From Nanoarchaeum equitans Kin4-M (lineage in GTDB: Archaea > Nanobdellota > Nanobdellia > Nanobdellales > Nanoarchaeaceae), in the NCBI GenBank assembly GCA_000008085.1, contig AE017199.1, positions 300,001 through 332,000 of the forward strand: a stretch of 32,000 bases of DNA, given 5' to 3'. Under the pieces are notes generated by a model. It was given only the letters and a program-made list of their open reading frames with translations, was not told the origin of the DNA and did not search any database. Shown in pieces: positions 26,455-32,000 of the stretch (positions within the stretch are counted from its first letter, which is position 1; the number at the start of each line of letters is the position of its first letter). A program made the translations under genes and the position numbers.

Positions 26455-26982
26455 GTGAGGGCAGTAAGCTGGGTTTTAGGTTTAGTAGTAGCTATAGTTT
26501 TATCTTTAATTAGCTTTTTTATTGTATCTTTCCCATTGCAATATTCTGGAAATAAAGGATTGCCTTATTTGTTATCGCCCGCAGAGAAAACAATGCAAAC
26601 ATTTACACTAAACGAATCCTATTGTAATATTCTATGTATAAAATATAAAGCGGGACAAAATGTTGATAAAACTTTATTAGAAAAATGTGAGCAAAAATAT
26701 AACTTAGGTTGTTACAAACCAAACATAAAACCTATAGTTTTTGCGAAACCTGTGAAAAACAAAGCATTATATTGTCATTGTTATGTTTATGAACCCAATA
26801 CTAAACCTTCGTGTACTAGTTTTTATGAATCTGTCAAATCTATATTGGAAGGCAATACTATTAGTGTATTAAATGTAGAGGAGAGAGATTGTAATGAAGT
26901 TTGTGTAAACTTTTTAAAAACTTATTGTGAAACAAATTCTGGTGATTGTTCTATGGCAAACCAATGTGTGTATGTAAGATAA
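26455..26982 (+). CDS. Secreted/membrane-anchored cysteine-rich protein (GTG start)
   Basis: N-terminal hydrophobic segment AVSWVLGLVVAIVLSLISFFIVSF followed by about 12 cysteines in the exported part. Confidence 0.6.
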   Translation: MRAVSWVLGLVVAIVLSLISFFIVSFPLQYSGNKGLPYLLSPAEKTMQTFTLNESYCNILCIKYKAGQNVDKTLLEKCEQKYNLGCYKPNIKPIVFAKPVKNKALYCHCYVYEPNTKPSCTSFYESVKSILEGNTISVLNVEERDCNEVCVNFLKTYCETNSGDCSMANQCVYVR

Positions 26983-27012
26983 TTCTTTAAACTTTATATA
27001 TCCCTATACGGA

Positions 27013-27333
27013 ATGGAGTTTTGTCCAAAAGATGGATCTATACTAATTCCTAAAAAAGAGGGAGATAAAACCTATTTGGTTTGCCCTGTTTGTGGGTATA
27101 AAAAGGAAGTAACCTCTTTGGTTATAAAGGAAGAAGTTAAGAAAAAAGAAGAATTAGGTAAAGGTATTGCTGAAAAAGAAACAATCTATTCCAAAGCCAA
27201 AGGTGTTAAATGTCCAAAATGCAGTAGCGAAGAAGTTGTTTACTTTACATTGCAAACCAGGGCAAGCGATGAAGCAGAAACTATATTTTACAAATGTTTA
27301 AAATGTGGTTACACTTGGAGAGAGTATGAATAA
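27013..27333 (+). CDS. tfs: Transcription factor S (TFS, RNA polymerase subunit M family)
   Basis: MEFCPKDGSILIPKK...CPVCGYKK and C-terminal ribbon KCPKCSSEEVVYFTLQTRASDEAETIFYKCLKCGYTWREYE. Confidence 0.95.
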   Translation: MEFCPKDGSILIPKKEGDKTYLVCPVCGYKKEVTSLVIKEEVKKKEELGKGIAEKETIYSKAKGVKCPKCSSEEVVYFTLQTRASDEAETIFYKCLKCGYTWREYE

Positions 27334-27361
27334 TTTTTAAATCGTTTCTTTTATTCTATTG

Positions 27362-27500
27362 GCCGCCGTAGCTCAGCGGTCAGAGCGCCCGGCTCATAGC
27401 ATGGGCTATGAGCTCTGACCCGAAAGGGGATGATCTCGGGGGCTCTTATGCCCCCTCGTGAGAAACCGGGAGGTCGCGGGTTCGAATCCCGCCGGCGGCA
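27362..27500 (+). tRNA. tRNA-Met (CAU), probably elongator, with 66-nt intron at 37/38 (27399..27464)
   Basis: Acceptor GCCGCCG/CGGCGGC, anticodon stem CCCGG/CCGGG, loop CTCATA|A. BHB: CTCA (27393-27396) pairs TGAG (27459-27462) with 3-nt bulges TA|G and AA|A. Confidence 0.92.
27399..27464 (+). ncRNA. tRNA-Met intron with C/D-like guide element aimed at own C34
   Basis: GCTATGAGC (27405-27413) is the exact complement of GCTCATAGC (27392-27400); CTGA at 27415-27418; CCC-GAAA-GGG stem-loop; then ATGAT (27430-27434). Confidence 0.6.
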
Positions 27501-27535
27501 TCACAATTTTTATATAAACCTAACCAATAATATGA

Positions 27536-27826
27536 ATGGCATACAAAATAGAAAAAGATAAAATAAACACAAATAAAGAAAAGAGTATTCTTACCGAAAT
27601 AGAAGAAGTTTTAAAAACAATAATTAGAGAAAGTAAAGATACTCCTTATGCCCTAGTTACTGCTCTTTCCTCCTTTATTCTGATTTTCTTTATTATATTT
27701 GGTTCTGCAATTTGTAATTTGTCTAATTTAGGAAAAGATTATTGCTGGTTATCAATTGTTCTGATTATATTGTTTAATATACTTTTTGCTTTTATAATAA
27801 CACTTAAATCCATACAATGTAAATGA
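27536..27826 (+). CDS. Small two-TM membrane protein, unknown function
   Basis: 96 aa; ALVTALSSFILIFFIIFGSAIC and IVLIILFNILFAFIITL. Confidence 0.5.
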   Translation: MAYKIEKDKINTNKEKSILTEIEEVLKTIIRESKDTPYALVTALSSFILIFFIIFGSAICNLSNLGKDYCWLSIVLIILFNILFAFIITLKSIQCK

Positions 27827-27903
27827 TTAATTAAAATTTAATAATTGGGGATAATATTGCATAGAGATATTTTTTGGTTAAAACATTCTTTACGAACAAA
27901 GGG

Positions 27904-27952
27904 TTCTCTCGATAACTAAAGATAAATATATACTTCCTGTATCAAGAGAGAA
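27904..27952. repeat. Imperfect inverted repeat in unusually long non-coding gap
   Basis: TTCTCTCGATA (27904-27914) vs TATCAAGAGAGAA (27940-27952), 2-nt indel. Confidence 0.5.
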
Positions 27953-28224
27953 ATCAAGCACAACAGAGAGGATAAGAAAAAAAATACTATAGTGTAGTTT
28001 TCTATGATAATAATCTGAAGGCCTTATCAATTTATCAATTATTGTTGGATCAACCGGGGAATTAAACCTAACTCCCAGAATGTAACAAATTTTAATATTG
28101 TCACCATGTTATGTACTCAATTAACTAGCATCTTCTATTTTTATTGAGTTTCTATTATATAACCAATCAATAAACTTTACTTATATACTCCAGGTCTAAA
28201 GATTTGATATCCATTATATAGATT

Positions 28225-28872
28225 TTATAAATCTATCTCTTCATCTTTATTTAATACAATCGCTTCTACTCCCTTTTCTTCGGCTTTTCTTTTAAATTCG
28301 TATGGATCGGCTTTAATTATTGGCCATGTATTATAATGCATTGGTATAACTATTTTTGGTTTAAGCAAATCTATTGCCTTTAGAGCTTGGTCAATATCCA
28401 TTGTAAATACCCCCCCAATAGGTAACAAAGCAACATCTATTTTAAATAGCTCTCCAATTAGTTCCATATCTTTGAAAACCATTGTATCTCCAGCATGGTA
28501 TATGGTTTTATTTCCCTTAATTACAAACCCTCCAGGATTTCCCAAGGGATAAGCTTTTCCATTGTAATATAAAGTAGAGCTGTGCACTGCAGGCACTAAA
28601 CTAACCTTTTCTCCAATATCTATAGTGCCTCCAAAGTTCATGCCTATGCTTTCTATATTAAATTGCTTAACGAATTCTGCTATTTCATATATAGAAATAA
28701 CTTTGGCATTGTTTTTCTTGGCAATCTCTATAGTATTACCAAAATGGTCATTATGAGCATGCGTTACCAATACATAATCTACTTCAGGTATTGTTTCTAT
28801 GTATGGATCTATTATTAGCCTGTTCTTATGCTCTATAATAAAAGCGCTGTGTCCCATGTATTTGATTTTCAT
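28225..28872 (-). CDS. Metal-dependent hydrolase, beta-lactamase fold (UPF0173-like)
   Basis: GHSAFIIE, THAHNDHFG, HAGDTMVF, PIGGVFTMD, PMHYNT. Confidence 0.9.
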   Translation of the reverse strand: MKIKYMGHSAFIIEHKNRLIIDPYIETIPEVDYVLVTHAHNDHFGNTIEIAKKNNAKVISIYEIAEFVKQFNIESIGMNFGGTIDIGEKVSLVPAVHSSTLYYNGKAYPLGNPGGFVIKGNKTIYHAGDTMVFKDMELIGELFKIDVALLPIGGVFTMDIDQALKAIDLLKPKIVIPMHYNTWPIIKADPYEFKRKAEEKGVEAIVLNKDEEIDL

Positions 28873-28898
28873 AGAATAGTTATTCTAAACCATTAAAA

Positions 28899-28952
28899 TA
28901 TCTGAGCCTCTGGCATTCATCATTTCTCAGCAACGACAGGACTCTTCACACA
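28899..28952 (-). ncRNA. Probable C/D-box sRNA (degenerate C and D boxes)
   Basis: Minus strand: GTGAAGA (28949-28943), GTCCTGTCGTTG, CTGA (28930-28927), GAA, ATGATGA (28923-28917), ATGCCAGAGGCT, CAGA (28904-28901). Confidence 0.6.
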
Positions 28953-28986
28953 AAATATTTTTTAATCCAATTAAAGTTTTATTCTA

Positions 28987-29430
28987 ATGGATGTTTCTAC
29001 CCAAAGGAGGATGGCTGCTGAAATACTAAAGGTTGGACTTGATAGGGTATGGATAGACCCCAACCATTTAAAAGAAGTAGCAGAGGCATTAACTAAAGAT
29101 GATATTAGAGAGTTAATAAAGAGAGGGATAATAAAAAAACTTCCAATAGAGGGCCAATCTAGAAAAAGAGCTAGAGAATTGCATGAAAAAAAGAAAAAAG
29201 GTAGAAGAAGGGGACCAGGTTCTAGGAAAGGTAAAAGAACTGCTAGAGCAGATCCAAAGAGACAATGGATTAATAAAGTTAGGGCTCAAAGAAAGCTATT
29301 AAAAGAGCTAAAGGAAAAAAAGATTATTGATAACAAAACATATTGGGATTTGTATAAGAAAGTTAAGGGTAATCTATTCAAATCGAGATCCCATCTATTG
29401 TTATACCTTAAGCAAAAAGGTATCATGTGA
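28987..29430 (+). CDS. rpl19e: Ribosomal protein eL19
   Basis: MDVSTQRRMAAEILKVGLDRVWIDP...RKRARELHEKKKKGRRRGPGSRKGKRTAR. Confidence 0.96.
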   Translation: MDVSTQRRMAAEILKVGLDRVWIDPNHLKEVAEALTKDDIRELIKRGIIKKLPIEGQSRKRARELHEKKKKGRRRGPGSRKGKRTARADPKRQWINKVRAQRKLLKELKEKKIIDNKTYWDLYKKVKGNLFKSRSHLLLYLKQKGIM

Positions 29431-30944
29431 ACCTAATTTTATTAGCTGAAATATTATTTTCTTTAACCTCTATATTTTTTGCTGCCCTTATTTTAAAACC
29501 TTTCCTTGTATTTAATATATTTGCTACACTTTTTGGCAAACAATTCGCTTGTAAAAGCTTTGCTAATTTAAATAGCTTTTTAGCCCCAATTGTTATATTG
29601 CCAATCCCAGATGTTTGCTACAATTCTGCTATTTACAATTTAGATAATATGAAAGTTGGTTGCTTTTTGTTAAAAAAAGATTTATCTGATATATACAATT
29701 ATTACCAAAAATTGTATGGACAATGCTCTAATAATAATGAATGGCAAAAACTTTATTTTTCTTACATAATTGCGAGAAATATTGAGGATTGCTATAATAA
29801 ATATTATGGTTTACATGTAGAAGACAAAGCCCATACTAATGTGTTTCCTTGTAGTAATTTGTTTATTTATAGCAAGAATCCTATAGAAATAACTCCAACA
29901 GATGTCGTTATAATACTCAACAAACTAAAAAAATTAGAAATCAATTATTTTGATTTAGATTCAAAGCAAACAATTAAACTATACTTCAATCCAAAGATAG
30001 AAATTAAGGGAGATGTGGTAATAAAAACTGATAATGAAAGTATAATTTACAAAAGCCATTATATTAATGGAAAAAAACCTTTATATTTGGTTTTTGATTC
30101 TAAGGATTTTAATACTAAAGAAAGAACCTTTTTCATAAAATCCAATTCTTATGTTCTAATAAATTATTATGACAATGAGCAACAAATTTCCTTAGTTGAA
30201 AAGGTTGCAGCTGCAAAAAAGGTGGAAAGCTTTTTTTCTAAAATAGACCAAATTTTGGGATGGTTTGTATTATTAGCTATAGCATTTATAATAGTGTTAG
30301 TTATATTAAGTGTTCCAATAGGGGTATTGTCTGCATTGGTTAGTTCAGCCCCGACAATTTTAAATATAATTTTAAATTTAAGTAAAAAAATTGGAAAAAT
30401 AATAGCCTTTATAAAAATAGCGATTGTGATAGCCGCTTTTCTATCGCCAAACATAGCAAAACTTCTATTAGGAATTGATGATAGTTATAAAGAATTGTTT
30501 AAATCTCAAACAGGACTAGTTAGCAAAATTAATAAACCTGTGATAGGAGTAACAACCCTTATTCCTAAAAAAGACGATACCAAATGGTTTTTGTATTCGG
30601 TATTGCATAAATCTATACAAAACCTATTTGAAAAAAAAGACATAATTTTATCGAAATATAATATTAGTGTTTGCAAAATAAATAATTATAGTACAATATA
30701 TCAAGGTAGAGATATAAAAATATATTGCAACAATGGTTGTTCATTCGAAAGCAAAACCGGTAAACCAATTAATGCCAAACTATTTATAATAGATGAAGCT
30801 CCAACCAGTGAAAAAGAATACGGATTGTATCTTTCTAGGGGGAATATAGCGATTTTATTAGATCCATCTTACCCAATAGGAGAGAAAGACGTAGAAACCA
30901 TCGCTCTAGAACTTATAAAGGGCTTTAAAGCAATATATTGTTAA
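29427..30944 (+). CDS. Large membrane protein of unknown function
   Basis: 505 aa; hydrophobic N-terminus and two central TM regions (ILGWFVLLAIAFIIVLVILSVPIGVL, IAFIKIAIVIAAFLS); ATGA overlap with eL19. Confidence 0.6.
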   Translation: MNLILLAEILFSLTSIFFAALILKPFLVFNIFATLFGKQFACKSFANLNSFLAPIVILPIPDVCYNSAIYNLDNMKVGCFLLKKDLSDIYNYYQKLYGQCSNNNEWQKLYFSYIIARNIEDCYNKYYGLHVEDKAHTNVFPCSNLFIYSKNPIEITPTDVVIILNKLKKLEINYFDLDSKQTIKLYFNPKIEIKGDVVIKTDNESIIYKSHYINGKKPLYLVFDSKDFNTKERTFFIKSNSYVLINYYDNEQQISLVEKVAAAKKVESFFSKIDQILGWFVLLAIAFIIVLVILSVPIGVLSALVSSAPTILNIILNLSKKIGKIIAFIKIAIVIAAFLSPNIAKLLLGIDDSYKELFKSQTGLVSKINKPVIGVTTLIPKKDDTKWFLYSVLHKSIQNLFEKKDIILSKYNISVCKINNYSTIYQGRDIKIYCNNGCSFESKTGKPINAKLFIIDEAPTSEKEYGLYLSRGNIAILLDPSYPIGEKDVETIALELIKGFKAIYC

Positions 30945-30965
30945 AATATAACATGTTTATAACGT

Positions 30966-31703
30966 ATGAAACTTATAGGTACAGGTTGGAAAAGTCCTTC
31001 TTTAATAGATGTGCACAATAAAGTTACTTTTACTCTATGGCTTTGTGGGTGTAATTTGAAATGCCCTTTTTGTCATAACTGGAAAATAGCCGAAAAAATA
31101 GGGTGTGGAGAATTAGATATAAATAGATTGTTAGACGAATTAGATAGTGCTTCTTTATTAATAGATTATTTACATGTTACTGGGGGAGAACCCTTATTGC
31201 AATGGGAACCATTATTGGAATTGTTCAAAACCTCTTACGAAAATTATAATGTGGAAAACAGTTTGAATACTAATTTTACATTAACTATCCCATTAAAGAA
31301 GCATTTGGATTCGGGTTATGTTCACCATGTTGCTACCGATCTAAAAGTGCCCCCAAATGAAATGTATGGGGTAGAAAATTGGAAAGCCTTATGGGAATCC
31401 TATTTGAAAAGCCTTTCTCTAATGAAAGAATATGATATCCCCTTAGAATTAAGAATTCCTGTTTCGAGATTCCCATGGGAAGAAAAGAAACCATACATAG
31501 ACCAAGCACTTAAAGCTTTAGGAGACGCAAACTTCTATGTAATAATAAACCCATTATTGAATTACCCAGTTGTAAATCCTAGAAACAAAGAATGGTGTGA
31601 CAAGCATTGTTCTCCTCAAAAAGAAGAATTAAATATAATAAAAGACTATTTAGAGAGCCAAGGAATAAAAGTTTATCTAAAAGGGCACAGCGAATTAATA
31701 TAG
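30966..31703 (+). CDS. nrdG: Radical SAM activating protein for anaerobic ribonucleotide reductase
   Basis: LWLCGCNLKCPFCHNW (CxxxCxxC), VTGGEPLLQ. Confidence 0.85.
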   Translation: MKLIGTGWKSPSLIDVHNKVTFTLWLCGCNLKCPFCHNWKIAEKIGCGELDINRLLDELDSASLLIDYLHVTGGEPLLQWEPLLELFKTSYENYNVENSLNTNFTLTIPLKKHLDSGYVHHVATDLKVPPNEMYGVENWKALWESYLKSLSLMKEYDIPLELRIPVSRFPWEEKKPYIDQALKALGDANFYVIINPLLNYPVVNPRNKEWCDKHCSPQKEELNIIKDYLESQGIKVYLKGHSELI

Positions 31704-31758
31704 CCGGGGCAGTGGGGTCGAGAACCCCGTATGCTAGACCTGGCTACACCACGGGGGC
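31703..31758 (-). tRNA. tRNA-Glu (CUC) 5' half with GC-rich trans-splicing leader
   Basis: Minus strand GCCCCCG-TG-GTGTAGCCAGGTCTAGCAT-A-CGGGG-TTCTCG then ACCCCACTGCCCCGGC and AT-rich DNA; no variable loop, T arm or CGGGGGC acceptor 3' strand follows; TATA-like TTTAAATTTTAT upstream. Confidence 0.85.
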
Positions 31759-31795
31759 AGTGATAAAATTTAAACCCATTTAAAAACATTAACTA

Positions 31796-32000
31796 ATGAT
31801 AGCTTTCATTAGCGATTTGCATTTGGGCAATATTTACGCTAATAAAAAAGAGACTGAAGAGCATAGCTATAATGCTTTGGCAAAAATCGAAGAAAAGCTA
31901 TTAGAATACCAACCAGATTTAGTTTTGGTTGGAGGGGATATATTCGATAAAAACAAAGTCTCTGGAAAAGAGATTGGGGTATTCATAGATTTTATTAATA
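31796..32000 (+). CDS. Calcineurin-like phosphoesterase, Mre11/SbcD-like N-terminus (partial)
   Basis: MIAFISDLHLGNIYANKKE...DLVLVGGDIFDKNKV; runs off the window. Confidence 0.75.
   Translation, partial: MIAFISDLHLGNIYANKKETEEHSYNALAKIEEKLLEYQPDLVLVGGDIFDKNKVSGKEIGVFIDFIN

Noticed and set aside
27437-27443. CGGGGGC in the tRNA-Met intron as the acceptor 3' strand of the split tRNA-Glu
   Set aside because: No T arm precedes it; it is one side of the GGGGGC-TCTTAT-GCCCCC hairpin of the intron.
1-32000. CRISPR arrays, transposons, prophage or anti-phage island
   Set aside because: No regularly spaced repeats, transposase/integrase motifs or terminal repeats around cargo were seen; the palindromes at 25464-25590 enclose no ORF.

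Overview
This 32 kb window is archaeal: archaeal LonB, a histone, Alba, NOP5/56, Rpo7, TFS, and ribosomal proteins eL18a/LX, eS28, uL2, eL31, eS1 and eL19. It is very compact, with overlapping convergent genes and scattered ribosomal genes. The set of features, above all free-standing tRNA 5' halves, looks like a Nanoarchaeota/DPANN genome (inference). The most interesting content is RNA. (1) Two orphan tRNA 5' halves have GC-rich 3' leaders and no 3' half in the window: complement(31703..31758), a Glu(CUC)-type half, and 8963..9006, probably Lys-type. (2) A 66-nt BHB intron in tRNA-Met(CAU) contains a D-box-like CTGA preceded by a sequence that pairs perfectly with the tRNA's own anticodon. 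C34 sits exactly at the N+5 position, suggesting an intron-encoded C/D guide. (3) There are up to five C/D-box sRNA candidates. One guide is an 11-nt match to the tRNA-Leu(CAA) anticodon loop in this window (predicted Cm34). Another complements the 16S 3' end/anti-Shine-Dalgarno region. (4) A nested palindromic intergenic structure with four GTTAAC copies precedes eS1. Protein highlights are an alkyltransferase-like/endonuclease V fusion with altered catalytic residues in both halves, a zinc-finger/TM/transglutaminase-like protein, and a start-less truncated tandem copy of a secreted coiled-coil gene. I found no CRISPR array, transposon or recognisable defense island.
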